DNA from: Pirellulales bacterium
Lineage (GTDB): Bacteria > Planctomycetota > Planctomycetia > Pirellulales > JAICIG01
Reading direction: 5' to 3'
NCBI GenBank assembly: GCA_040901675.1
Contig: JBBDYJ010000012.1
Location: 1 to 39,998 of the forward strand
Length of the DNA: 39,998 bases
The translations under genes and the position numbers were made by a program. Positions within the stretch are counted from its first letter, which is position 1; every line of letters starts with the position of its first letter. The notes below the pieces were generated by a model. The model ran no database searches and was not told the origin of the DNA. It saw only the letters and a program-made list of their open reading frames with translations. Of the stretch, positions 29,001-37,535 are shown piece by piece.

Positions 29001-32000
29001 ATCACCGATGCCGGGCTGATTCATCTGAAGGAGATGCAAGGCCTGCGCGAATTGGATCTTCGGGGTACGCGGGTTTCCGGTGACGGATTGGCCCATTTGG
29101 GCGGACTGAACCGCCTGGCGGCTTTAAACCTGAGCCAGACGGCGCTCGACGATGGTGGTTTGGAAAACGTGGCGCGGTTCGAACAGCTCAGAAAACTGGA
29201 GCTTGGCAACACGCGGGTGACCGACCGGGGAATCGAGCATCTCGCGCCTCTTGGCAAACTCCAGTACCTCGACCTGTATGGAACCGGACTGACCGACGCG
29301 GGAGCGGCCAGTCTGGGGCGGATGAAGTCGCTTAGGTATTGCTACTTGAGCCACACGAAGATCACGGACTCCGCGATCGACCAACTCGCAAAGCTGACGG
29401 AACTCGAGGAGTTGGGCCTGGACGGCACTTCATTGAGCGACCGCGGGCTGGCGGCCTTGCGCCCCCTATTGAACCTGAGGCGATTGAAGATTGGACGCTC
29501 GCGGGTGACCAGCGCGGGTCTCGTGCATCTGGCCGCCGTTGGGGCGATCAGCCGACTCGAAGCGAACGATCTTGCCTTGACCGATGAGGCGATCGCGGCG
29601 CTGGTGCCGCTATCCGGCCTGCGGCGGCTGGACGTGTCCGGCGCGCGGATCACCGACGGCGCCCTGGCCATGCTGGACCGATTCCCGCTGCTCGAAGAGC
29701 TGAACGTCCAGGATACGGCGGTGACGCCGCGGGGCGTGGCACGATTCGAACAGGAACACCCGGCGGCCACCGTGCTTTCTGGAACCACCCGTGCCGGCTA
29801 CCCGGCGGGGGCGATCGCGATCACGGCCCTGTACGGCATCGCCGCGCTGGCAATCTGCTTTTACGGGGTTCACCGTTACTGGCTGGCCTGGCTGCTGGTC
29901 GCGGACAAGAACCGGGCCACTGGCCCTGAGCCGGCTGGTCGCTTTATCGACTTGCCGGCCGTTACAGTGCAATTGCCCATGTTCAACGAGCGGCAGGTCG
30001 CCCAGCGGATCATAGCAGCCGCGTGCGCCTTGGATTATCCCCGCGACCGCTTGCAGATTCAGGTCCTCGACGACTCGACGGACGAGACGCGGCAAATCGC
30101 CAAGCGGGCGAGCGAGCGGATGGCGGCCGCGGGCCACGACATTCAATACATTCACCGGCCGCGACGCGAGGGCTTTAAGGGCGGCGCGCTGGCGGCGGGG
30201 CTGCAGACGGCCCGGGGCGAGTTCGTGGCGGTGTTCGACGCCGACTTTCTCCCGCCCGCGGACATCCTGCAACGGACCATCCACTATTTCACCGACCCGA
30301 AGGTGGGCATGGTTCAAGCAGCATGGTCGCACCTGAACCGCGGCCAGTCGTTGTTGACCGAGTGCCAGGCGATGTTCCTGGACGGCCACTTTGTTGTTGA
30401 GCAGACCGTGCGGAGCCGGAACAACCGCTGGTTCAACTTCAATGGGACCGCCGGCCTGTGGAGAAGGAAATGCATCGAGGAAGCGGGAGGCTGGCAGCAC
30501 GATACGCTCACCGAGGACACTGACTTGTCGTACAGAGCCCAGTTGGAGGGTTGGAAGTTCGTCTACCTGCCGTCGGTGCGGTGCGGCGCCGAGCTGCCCG
30601 CAACGATGACCGCCTTTTTGGGTCAACAGCACCGCTGGACCAAAGGGCTGATTCAAACCGGGAAGAAGCTGCTCCCCCGGATCCTTGTCAGTTCAGCCCC
30701 ACGGACGGTGAAGATCGAAGCCTGGTTTCATCTGACAAGCCCGCTGATGTACCTGGTCATGTTCCTGGTGACGGCGGTCGCCCTGCCCGCGCTCTTCGTG
30801 GCGACGCCGCTGACCGATCAGGACGCGCTGGCGCTGGCATTGGGCGTGGCGACGCTGGGCATGGGCACCTGCGGCGCGGCCACGTTTTACATCGTCTCGC
30901 AGCGCGAGCAGGGATATGGCCTGGCCAGGACGATCTTCAAGCTGCCCCTGCTGATGGCATTGGGCATTGGCATGTGCGCCGTGAACGCCCGGGCGGTCCT
31001 GGAAGCCCTGCTGGGACTTAAAAGTCCGTTCGTGCGGACGCCGAAGTTCGGTGGCCGGGCCGACTGCGATCCCGATCCGGCGGTCTCGCGGCGGCCGTGG
31101 CGGATTGCCGGAGGGCTGGTGGAGCTGGCGCTGGCCGGCGTGTTGCTGGCCTGCCTCGTGCTGAGCTTCTTGCGTCCCTACACGTTGATCGGAGCCCCGT
31201 TTCTATTGCTGTTCGCACTCGGTTACCTGGGAGTCGGCTGGCTGAGCCTGACGGACCATTTCGGCCTACGAGCGGGTCGACCGTCCCAGGCCGCCGCCGG
31301 GTGGCTTTGGCCGCCGGTTGCACGCTATGCGGCCGGCGCGCTGGCGGTCCTGTTGCTGGTGTCAATTTCCGGGGCGGCTCTTTTGGTCACATCGCATTCC
31401 CAGGCGTGGACCGACCATGGCGCGCGCCCGGCAATGTCGCTGGGCCTGGATCTGACTACCGCCGGCTGGGCGATCTCCGGCAACCGATCGCCGGGGCAAG
31501 CCACGAGCGCCGTCAGGGAAGTCCACGTCGAGCGGGGTAGCCTGGTCCTCAACGTCCAGCTCGACGAAACAACCGATCAAGGGGAAATCGCACTCGAGCT
31601 CCAGGGCGCCCTCGAACCACTTGGAGATTCGATTGGGCCGGAGAAACAGTTGGCGTTCGACGTGGAGTATCCGTCGCGCTTCACGGGCGAGTTCCAGGCA
31701 TTCGTGAAGGACCGCCAGGGCCGCAGCGAGTATGGGAGCATGGAGTTTGTCGAAGGGCGGGACCCTCGTGGGGCCGTGACGGTCGCGCTGGTCCCCAGTC
31801 GGCGGGTCCCGCCCATGGGTTACCAGGACCAAGGTTTTGACGCCAGCGGTGGAATGCAGCAAATCGGCTTGAAGATCAGCGCCCAAAGCGACCGGGTGCG
31901 AGGAGCGGGGTACCGGCCGTTCCGAGGCACGATCCGGATCGCCAAGGCGAGAGTTGTGGACGTGGATCGCGATCTGCATCCGGAGCCGGAGATCCGTGCG

Positions 32001-32861
32001 CCGGCCGAGGAGCAACTTCGAGCGTTGCCGGCGGTTTCCGCGAATCAATTCCTGGCCAATAGCGGGCTGGATCGCCCCTGGCCGCTGGGCTACGCCTTCT
32101 CCGGACCGGTGGCCGATCGTCACGTCGAGGAGTTGGAACGAACCTACGCCGCGATTGCTCGCTCGGGGTACGGCTTCAGCCGCGTTTACATTGGCGATTA
32201 TCGCACGGGCCTGGTGCTCGACGGCCAAGGGAAGATTGTTGGCGCGGACGAAGCATTTCTGGAGTACGTCGACCGGCTTGCCGCGATCGCCAACCGGCAT
32301 GGCATCACGGTGATGTTCAGCCTGACGGACAACACCATGGCGGATGGCAGAGGTGTGGAACGAGTGGAATTCATCCGGGAAGGAGACGACTGTGAACGGT
32401 TCATCAAGCACGCGCTGGCCCAGCTCGTGAAGAAGCTCGCCCAGCGGCAAGTGATCTGGGACATCTTCAACGAGCCGGAAAACGTGACTGCCCTCCCGCT
32501 CCTGGAAGTTCAGCGCTACGTCGATCGAGTGCTGGCCGTACTGCGACAAGCTGACCGCGATGCCCGCTTCACCGTGGTCAGCCGCGGCAGGGCGGAAATC
32601 GCGTTCTGGCAAGGGCGGGGGTTGGACCTTTACAGTCACAATATCTTCACCGCCCGATCGCTCGATGAGGCGCTGGCCGCGCCCCGGCTGCTGGATGCCC
32701 CCGTGCTGGTGGCCGAAATGGCTCCCGAGCTGGCCACCACCGACAACCTCGAAGCGTTGCGGCACGCCGGATACTCCGGAGTCGGCATCTGGGGATGGGG
32801 CACCGAGGACAAGTATGAGCAAAGTTTTCAGTCTTTGTTTTCACTGACTTCCGACCACTGA
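26055..32861 (+). CDS. Giant fusion: signal peptide - CBM-like - about 37 LRRs - processive GT2 synthase (multi-TM) - CBM-like - clan GH-A glycoside hydrolase
   Basis: AGGAG SD; 24-aa LRRs; GT2 motifs QLPMFNE, QVLDDSTD, GFKGGAL, FDADF, TED, QQHRW, FVRTPK; about 6 TM segments; GH-A motifs WDIFNEPE, PVLVAE, GVGIWGW. Confidence 0.88.
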   Translation: MMLSQRKHRSACAASATSAVLVGALVIGAMAGAARGEETPQTGSEVLFDFEAVGRVAELRAGEYAKVEWTSEGLDGTGAARITFAVPEGVRAFAAVVAEKKALRVRDFRPFEAMSLWIMNPGPHEAELSLCVWDENANRGFPVPSTIRVQPGKWQQVVVRLALHGLDAERIGSLHFYQKLGRAPCTLLVDDVRLLSPYDGRIAAKIQSSREFLNQARNGSAALGAKKQIEEKIAPLEKRLLAIEQPSKPGQGAAQRTRRLLELAQIMTSAQELAGSIRIRNEGASVTLAGPHVEASWLGDADRVGRITDLRLLDTLLGDQDFGRLEPAQNLERLVVRGQWFTGAGLARLPARRLARLSLGSSGAHDEALAKIGKFQQLEELELDETNVTSSVLAHLEPLEQLKSLNMSGTGVSDAGFSAIGKLSRLESLDLGRTRVTGQSLRHLANLQQLRSLNLAHTGVDDEGLSHLGELPRLESLALENTAITGAGFGRLEGLDALVSLNLNGTRVGDSALRQLGELPNLKRLEMSSTPITDASLAHVASSARLEYLDLYGTNVSDAGIAHLAEQEDLADLYLAGTRVSDAGIGYLVKLSKLERLDLEGTRITDAGLVHLKQLSNLASLRLANTRITGQGLAHLAELSQLSELDLSGTRVTDEALGALSRLENLRRLQLSGTRVTSAGMRDLAAAAQLVQLDLEATDVVDEGLDALAALANLERLNLSETAVTDEGLKHVARMKKLTSLSLDHTRITDEGLSELPDGYAQLALAHTRITDQGLGHLARNDQLAVLRLASTGITSKGLELLHALPNLRQLDLAETDIDDGGLAHLAVLPGLEELNLDGTPVTDIAIDTLLGMPGLRRLSLENSRVTAQGASYIKRRAPKLELGLVFPWVWDRRWSFYTLPDEEHSGSRSNPRTVLDQVKALGSLGYLRVHDGMLSREVLRSLKDLPALEHVSFEGTAISDAMLSELLGLSQVTRMDLSKTAITDAGLIHLKEMQGLRELDLRGTRVSGDGLAHLGGLNRLAALNLSQTALDDGGLENVARFEQLRKLELGNTRVTDRGIEHLAPLGKLQYLDLYGTGLTDAGAASLGRMKSLRYCYLSHTKITDSAIDQLAKLTELEELGLDGTSLSDRGLAALRPLLNLRRLKIGRSRVTSAGLVHLAAVGAISRLEANDLALTDEAIAALVPLSGLRRLDVSGARITDGALAMLDRFPLLEELNVQDTAVTPRGVARFEQEHPAATVLSGTTRAGYPAGAIAITALYGIAALAICFYGVHRYWLAWLLVADKNRATGPEPAGRFIDLPAVTVQLPMFNERQVAQRIIAAACALDYPRDRLQIQVLDDSTDETRQIAKRASERMAAAGHDIQYIHRPRREGFKGGALAAGLQTARGEFVAVFDADFLPPADILQRTIHYFTDPKVGMVQAAWSHLNRGQSLLTECQAMFLDGHFVVEQTVRSRNNRWFNFNGTAGLWRRKCIEEAGGWQHDTLTEDTDLSYRAQLEGWKFVYLPSVRCGAELPATMTAFLGQQHRWTKGLIQTGKKLLPRILVSSAPRTVKIEAWFHLTSPLMYLVMFLVTAVALPALFVATPLTDQDALALALGVATLGMGTCGAATFYIVSQREQGYGLARTIFKLPLLMALGIGMCAVNARAVLEALLGLKSPFVRTPKFGGRADCDPDPAVSRRPWRIAGGLVELALAGVLLACLVLSFLRPYTLIGAPFLLLFALGYLGVGWLSLTDHFGLRAGRPSQAAAGWLWPPVARYAAGALAVLLLVSISGAALLVTSHSQAWTDHGARPAMSLGLDLTTAGWAISGNRSPGQATSAVREVHVERGSLVLNVQLDETTDQGEIALELQGALEPLGDSIGPEKQLAFDVEYPSRFTGEFQAFVKDRQGRSEYGSMEFVEGRDPRGAVTVALVPSRRVPPMGYQDQGFDASGGMQQIGLKISAQSDRVRGAGYRPFRGTIRIAKARVVDVDRDLHPEPEIRAPAEEQLRALPAVSANQFLANSGLDRPWPLGYAFSGPVADRHVEELERTYAAIARSGYGFSRVYIGDYRTGLVLDGQGKIVGADEAFLEYVDRLAAIANRHGITVMFSLTDNTMADGRGVERVEFIREGDDCERFIKHALAQLVKKLAQRQVIWDIFNEPENVTALPLLEVQRYVDRVLAVLRQADRDARFTVVSRGRAEIAFWQGRGLDLYSHNIFTARSLDEALAAPRLLDAPVLVAEMAPELATTDNLEALRHAGYSGVGIWGWGTEDKYEQSFQSLFSLTSDH
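26970..29775 (+). repeat. Two leucine-rich repeat arrays within the giant CDS (about 24 and about 13 units)
   Basis: Consensus xLxxLxLxxTxITDxGLxxLxxLx counted by eye; each array ends in a cap (VTAQGASYIKRRAP; VTPRGVARFEQEHP). Confidence 0.9.
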
Positions 32862-32885
32862 TCTCTGACTGCCAACCTCCGGAAC

Positions 32886-34112
32886 ATGAAGATTCATAAG
32901 ATGCCGTGGCTTGCCAGCCCTTTGATCCTTGTTTGTGTCGCCGGCGGCGCGCGTGCCGCCAATGGCAACTCGAGCGATGACTGGCCGCAGTGGCGCGGAC
33001 CAGGCAGAAACGGACTGGCCGATCGATCACCGGCCCTGCTGAACTCGCTGGTCGGACAGTCGCCGCTCTGGGAGAGCGAGCCGATTTCCAGCGGAGACGA
33101 GGGGGGCCGAGGCAGCCTGGTGGTTGCCGCCGGGCGAGTCTTCGGGATGACAAGCGTCCGGTCGGGCTCACAGCGATTTGATGAAGTGTTTTGCCTGGAT
33201 GCCGGCGATGGCCGCGCGATGTGGAGATCGCGGTTGCCAGAGGCGGCCGGCGGCGAAGCGGGCTCTTCGACGCCGTGTCTGATCGACGGCAGGCTGTACG
33301 CGGTCAGCTCGGCGGGCAAGGTGTATTGCCTGGACGCCGGCGGCGGAAACGTGATTTGGGAGGCGGAGGTATCCCGGCCTGGCCAGGAGCCGATCGCCTC
33401 CTCGGTGGCCGTCGTCGAGGGGGTGGCGATCCTGTTGGCCGATCCGTTGATTGGCCTCGACGCCACGACGGGCGACGTGCTGTGGAGGCAAGACAAGGTC
33501 ACCGGCCACGAATCTTCGCCCGCTGTCTGGAGGACAAATGACCGGGCTTACGTGCTGTGCAACACGCAGCGCCAAACACTCTGCGTCGATCCGGCCAGCG
33601 GCCAAATCGTCTGGCAAGTCGCGGGAGGAGGCCGATCGACTCCCGTGGTCGCCCAGGAGTATGGCGGCGACTTTCTCGTGAACATGTCCGGCGACCGCAG
33701 GGGCGGCCTTTCGGCGTTTCGCCTGTCGCTCGAAGGACCGCGGAAGCTCTGGAACTTGCCGGCTTTCGATCGTGCATCCAGCCCCGTGGTCTTCGATGGT
33801 CATGTTTACGCGATCGCCGGCGGCAGCAACGGGCACGGCGCCCGCATCCTCTGCGTGCATCTGGACACCGGCCGGGTTGCCTGGGAGGAGACCGCCGACT
33901 TCGCCGAAGTGTCGTCTCCGGTCGTCGCCGACGGAAAGTTGGCCGCCGTCTGCGGCACTTTTCTTTGGCTGGTCGAGGCCACTGGGGAGAAATACAGTCT
34001 CCTGAGCCAGGTCAACTGGCGCGTTACGCTCTGCACTTCGCCGGCAATCGTCGATGGCAGGCTTTATCTGCGACAAGCCAGCGCCGTAGTCTCCTACGAC
34101 CTAAGGCAATGA
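32886..34112 (+). CDS. Secreted PQQ-like beta-propeller protein
   Basis: Signal peptide ending GARA; DWPQWRGPGRNG, repeated CLDA.xG..IW blades and TSPAIVDGRLYLR; begins 24 nt after the giant gene. Confidence 0.85.
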   Translation: MKIHKMPWLASPLILVCVAGGARAANGNSSDDWPQWRGPGRNGLADRSPALLNSLVGQSPLWESEPISSGDEGGRGSLVVAAGRVFGMTSVRSGSQRFDEVFCLDAGDGRAMWRSRLPEAAGGEAGSSTPCLIDGRLYAVSSAGKVYCLDAGGGNVIWEAEVSRPGQEPIASSVAVVEGVAILLADPLIGLDATTGDVLWRQDKVTGHESSPAVWRTNDRAYVLCNTQRQTLCVDPASGQIVWQVAGGGRSTPVVAQEYGGDFLVNMSGDRRGGLSAFRLSLEGPRKLWNLPAFDRASSPVVFDGHVYAIAGGSNGHGARILCVHLDTGRVAWEETADFAEVSSPVVADGKLAAVCGTFLWLVEATGEKYSLLSQVNWRVTLCTSPAIVDGRLYLRQASAVVSYDLRQ

Positions 34113-35122
34113 GCGGCCAACTGGGCGGCGATCCGCAAGGCCTCGATCATGCTCGTGCAGTCGGCCCGGCCCTGCCAGGCGAGGTCGAAGGCCGTTCCAT
34201 GGGCCACGCTGGTCCGGATGATTGGCAAGCCCAGAGTCACGTTGACCGCCCGCTGCATGCCGAGCAGTTTCAAGGCGATGTGCCCCTGGTCGTGGTACAT
34301 GGCCACGACGGCGTCGAACTCGCCCGCCGCGGCGCGGACCATCAAGGTGTCGGCCGGCAGCGGCCCCTCGACGTCAAAGCCTTCGGCCTCGGCGCGCCGC
34401 ACCGCCGGCGCGATCACTTCCTGCTCCTCGCGGCCGAACAAGCCCGACTCGCCGGCGTGCGGGTTCAAGGCGCATACGCCAATCCGCGGCGCCGCGGGGG
34501 CCAAAGGCCGCAGCGCACCGTCGGCCAGACGGATCTTGTTGAAGACGGCTTGGGTTGACAACGAGGCGAACACGTCGCGAAGCGCCATGTGCAGCGTCAC
34601 GTGGACCACGCCCAGCCCGGCCGGCCCGCGGACGTGCTCTCCCGGCGCCAGGTAGAGCATCATGGCGAAGTCGTCGACGCCGCAGAGTTCGGCCAACAAC
34701 TCGGTGTGGCCCGGGTAGGGATGCCCGGCCTGCCAAAGGGCCGCCTTCTGCAGCGGCGCCGTCGTGATGCCGTCGACCTGGCCGCCCAGCGCAAGCGCCG
34801 CCGCCGCCAGGAGGCACTCGTAGGCGGCCTGTCCCGCCCGCGCGTCGATGCCACCGGGAGCCACGTGCTGCACGGCTTCGTCGCAGGCTTGCAGGCAAGG
34901 CAGCAGAGCAGGGGAGGGGACCGCCTCTTGGGGGCTTTCGATCTGGCGGACATCGACGCCGTTGCCGACGAGGCGAGCGGCCCGCCGCATCACGTGCGGA
35001 CTGCCCAGGACAAAGGGGCGGCACCACTCGTGGACCGCTGCGTGGCCCCAGGCCCCCACGATCACCTCGGGACCAACGCCCGCCGCGTCGCCCATCGTCA
35101 CGGCCAGCCACGGTTTTCGCAA
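34094..35122 (-). CDS. pdxA: 4-hydroxythreonine-4-phosphate dehydrogenase PdxA family
   Basis: TMGDAAGVGPE, TAPLQK, PGHTELL, LNPHAGE, GPLPADT, AMYHDQGHI and IRTSVAHGTAFD; TTG start after AAAGGA. Could be the PdxA2 paralog. Confidence 0.9.
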   Translation of the reverse strand: MRKPWLAVTMGDAAGVGPEVIVGAWGHAAVHEWCRPFVLGSPHVMRRAARLVGNGVDVRQIESPQEAVPSPALLPCLQACDEAVQHVAPGGIDARAGQAAYECLLAAAALALGGQVDGITTAPLQKAALWQAGHPYPGHTELLAELCGVDDFAMMLYLAPGEHVRGPAGLGVVHVTLHMALRDVFASLSTQAVFNKIRLADGALRPLAPAAPRIGVCALNPHAGESGLFGREEQEVIAPAVRRAEAEGFDVEGPLPADTLMVRAAAGEFDAVVAMYHDQGHIALKLLGMQRAVNVTLGLPIIRTSVAHGTAFDLAWQGRADCTSMIEALRIAAQLAAHCLRS

Positions 35123-35251
35123 ATGAGGTCCTTTGGGATCGGCCGAAATGGGTGCTGGGGCAAAGGCCCCGGCGCGCCGGATGCCCCGCTCGATTCTGGT
35201 CCATTGTATCCCGGCCGCATTGGGCATAGTATCCCCATAAAGGCTGGCGCG

Positions 35252-35959
35252 ATGGCTTCGCTCGATCAATACAGTCTGGACAGGCATAGCCGGCAGGGCA
35301 CGAGCGCCCTGCACCGCGCCGATCCGCGCTTCAAGCTGCTGGCCGCCCTGACGCTCGTGGCCGCGGCCCAGTTGACCAGCGCCCGGTTCTGGCCCTTGCC
35401 CGGCCCGGTGCAGGTTTCGGCGGTGCATCTTGCCCTGGCGGTCCTGATCGGCCTGGGGTTCTACCTGGCCGGAATTGGCTGGCGGTTCGTCGCGACCCGG
35501 CTGGCCTGGTTCTCGCTGGTCCTGCTCCCCTGGGCCTTGTTGATCTGGCTGGGCCAGGGACTCAGCGGCGGCGGCGTGCCGGCATCGACCGTGCTGGTCA
35601 AAGGCATGCTGGCTTTTTCGACGTTGCTGCTGTTGATCAACACGACACCCTACGAGCGGTTGCTGGCCGGCCTGTCGCGGCTGGGGATGCCCATGCTGTT
35701 GGTGGCGACCATGGCCGCCATGTACCGGTACGGTTGGTTGCTGGTCGACGAAATGACTCGCATGCGGCGTGCCCGGCAGGCACGGACATTCCGCTCGTCG
35801 CGCCGGCTGTCGGCCGAGGGTTTGCGGCGAGGATCGGAATTGATCGGGATGCTGATGGTCCGCGCATCGCAGCGTGCCGAGCGGGTACACGCCGCGATGC
35901 TGGCCCGGGGCTACGACGGCCATGCCCGTCGATTTGAAGAGTCCGATGCCATTGATTGA
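35252..35959 (+). CDS. cbiQ: ECF transporter transmembrane component T (CbiQ-like)
   Basis: SALHRADPRFKL, TTP...L..GL, MYRY, ARQAR and RAERVHAAMLARGY motifs. Confidence 0.82.
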   Translation: MASLDQYSLDRHSRQGTSALHRADPRFKLLAALTLVAAAQLTSARFWPLPGPVQVSAVHLALAVLIGLGFYLAGIGWRFVATRLAWFSLVLLPWALLIWLGQGLSGGGVPASTVLVKGMLAFSTLLLLINTTPYERLLAGLSRLGMPMLLVATMAAMYRYGWLLVDEMTRMRRARQARTFRSSRRLSAEGLRRGSELIGMLMVRASQRAERVHAAMLARGYDGHARRFEESDAID

Positions 35960-36833
35960 AGTGGATCAACTGACTTACCGTTATCCCGACGGCACGCTGG
36001 CGCTGGAGGGCGTCGGTTTTCGCCTCGATCCGGCGGAGCGCGTGGGCCTGGTGGGACCCAACGGCGCCGGCAAGTCGACGCTGCTCTGGCACCTCAACGG
36101 GCTGTTGCCCGAGCGCTTGCGCGGCCGCGGGAGACAGGCGGACCGCAACGGCCACTCGGAGCAATCAGCAGACGGCGTGCCAGCCGCGGGCCACGGCCGT
36201 AGCGACCTGGCCGGCGTGCGGGTGGATGGGATGGAGGTATGCTCCGGCAACCTGGCGCTCGTGCGGCGGACGGTGGGACTGGTATTCCAGGATCCGGACG
36301 ACCAGTTGTTTTCGCCTACCGTCGCCGACGACGTGGCCTTCGGCCCGTTGAACCTGGGTCTGAGCCAGGCCGAGGCCCGGCTGCGGGTGCGCGCCTCGCT
36401 GGCGGCGGTGGGACTGGAGGGATACGGCGAGCGATTGCCGCATCACTTGAGCGTGGGTGAGCGGAAGCGGGTCTGCCTGGCGGGAGTGCTGGCCTGCGAA
36501 CCCAGGTTGTTGGCGCTCGACGAGCCGACGGCCAATCTCGATCCTCGCGCGCGGCGGGGATTGATTGGGGTGCTGCGGGGCCTGGACTGCGCGCTTCTCA
36601 TTGCCAGCCACGACCTGGAATTGATCCTGGAGCTTTGCTCGCGCGTCATCCTGCTCGACCGGGGACGCATCCATGCCGACGGGCCGATACGCGAGGTGCT
36701 CTCGGACGAAGACCTGCTGCTCGCGCACGGCCTGGAGCTGCCGCTGACGCTGAGGTTGGCCGCGTTGAGCTCGGGTGAAGACATGAGTTCGGGTGAAAAC
36801 AATCGGGGCGGAGCGGGAGGTGCAGGCGGATGA
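35946..36833 (+). CDS. cbiO: ECF transporter ATPase (CbiO-like)
   Basis: YRYPDG, Walker A GPNGAGKST, FQDPDDQLF, DVAFGP, LSVGERKRV, LDEPT and SHD. Confidence 0.85.
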   Translation: MPLIEVDQLTYRYPDGTLALEGVGFRLDPAERVGLVGPNGAGKSTLLWHLNGLLPERLRGRGRQADRNGHSEQSADGVPAAGHGRSDLAGVRVDGMEVCSGNLALVRRTVGLVFQDPDDQLFSPTVADDVAFGPLNLGLSQAEARLRVRASLAAVGLEGYGERLPHHLSVGERKRVCLAGVLACEPRLLALDEPTANLDPRARRGLIGVLRGLDCALLIASHDLELILELCSRVILLDRGRIHADGPIREVLSDEDLLLAHGLELPLTLRLAALSSGEDMSSGENNRGGAGGAGG

Positions 36834-37393
36834 ACCGGTTCTTTGTTCCCTTGGCGATTGCCACGATTGCGTGCCTGCTGGCCACGCTGGTGCTGGGGCT
36901 GTGGCTGGCGAGTTGGGACATTCGCGACCCGGCGGACCGCGCCGCGCAGTCGTGGGCCACGATGCACCGCCTGGCAGGGATCGCAACCGGGCTGCTCGTG
37001 GTGCTGACCAACAGCATCGTGATGACGTACTTCATCGGCACCAGCCGCTGGTGCCGGGAGGTGGTCGAGACCTACTCGCTTTCCATCGATCTGGCGCGCA
37101 CGAGCAACCGGCTCAAGCGGCAGGCATTTCCGTACGCGGTCGCCGGCATGCTGATGATCGTCGTCATGGTGGCCCTGGGCGGGGCGGCGGATCCCGGCGG
37201 CTCGGTGCGCAGTTACGGAATCGCCGGCTTGAGCTGGACCAACTGGCACCTGGCGGCCTCGATCGCCGGCTCGTTGTTGATCGGTTTCGGCTTCGTGCGG
37301 CAATGGCAGGCGATCCACGAGCACCATCTGGTGATCAGCGGGATACTTTCGGAAGTGGCCCGGGTCCGCGAGCAGCGCGGTCTGACAAGTTAG
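36830..37393 (+). CDS. Hypothetical 4-TM membrane protein
   Basis: ATGA overlap with cbiO; four hydrophobic segments; His residues near TM starts (MHRL, WHLA); TYFIGTSRW motif. Confidence 0.75.
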   Translation: MNRFFVPLAIATIACLLATLVLGLWLASWDIRDPADRAAQSWATMHRLAGIATGLLVVLTNSIVMTYFIGTSRWCREVVETYSLSIDLARTSNRLKRQAFPYAVAGMLMIVVMVALGGAADPGGSVRSYGIAGLSWTNWHLAASIAGSLLIGFGFVRQWQAIHEHHLVISGILSEVARVREQRGLTS

Positions 37394-37449
37394 AGGTCAG
37401 AGGTCAGAGGGCAGAAGTCATTGGTCATTGGTCATTGGTCATTGGGGTC
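37392..37449 (+). repeat. Heptamer tandem repeat tract (AGAGGTC / ATTGGTC)
   Basis: AGAGGTC AGAGGTC AGAGGGC AGAAGTC ATTGGTC ATTGGTC ATTGGTC ATTGGGGTC. Confidence 0.85.
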
Positions 37450-37454
37450 AGAGC

Positions 37455-37535
37455 TTCCGCCTGTGGCGGACTTGCAGCACAGTTCCGCCTGTGGCGGACT
37501 TGCAGCACAGTTCCGCCTGCGGCGGACTTGCAGCA
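37455..37535 (+). repeat. 28-bp tandem repeat (about 2.9 copies) with internal palindrome
   Basis: TTCCGCCTGTGGCGGACTTGCAGCACAG at 37455 and 37483, variant copy at 37511; core TCCGCC-N3-GGCGGA. Confidence 0.9.

Noticed and set aside
35123..35251. Cobalamin riboswitch upstream of cbiQ
   Set aside because: No B12-box or conserved GGGAA...GCCACTG core visible, and the region is short and shared with the divergent pdxA.
37455..37535. Possible mini-CRISPR array
   Set aside because: The sequences between palindromes are identical and the period is only 28 bp; there are no unique spacers and no cas genes.
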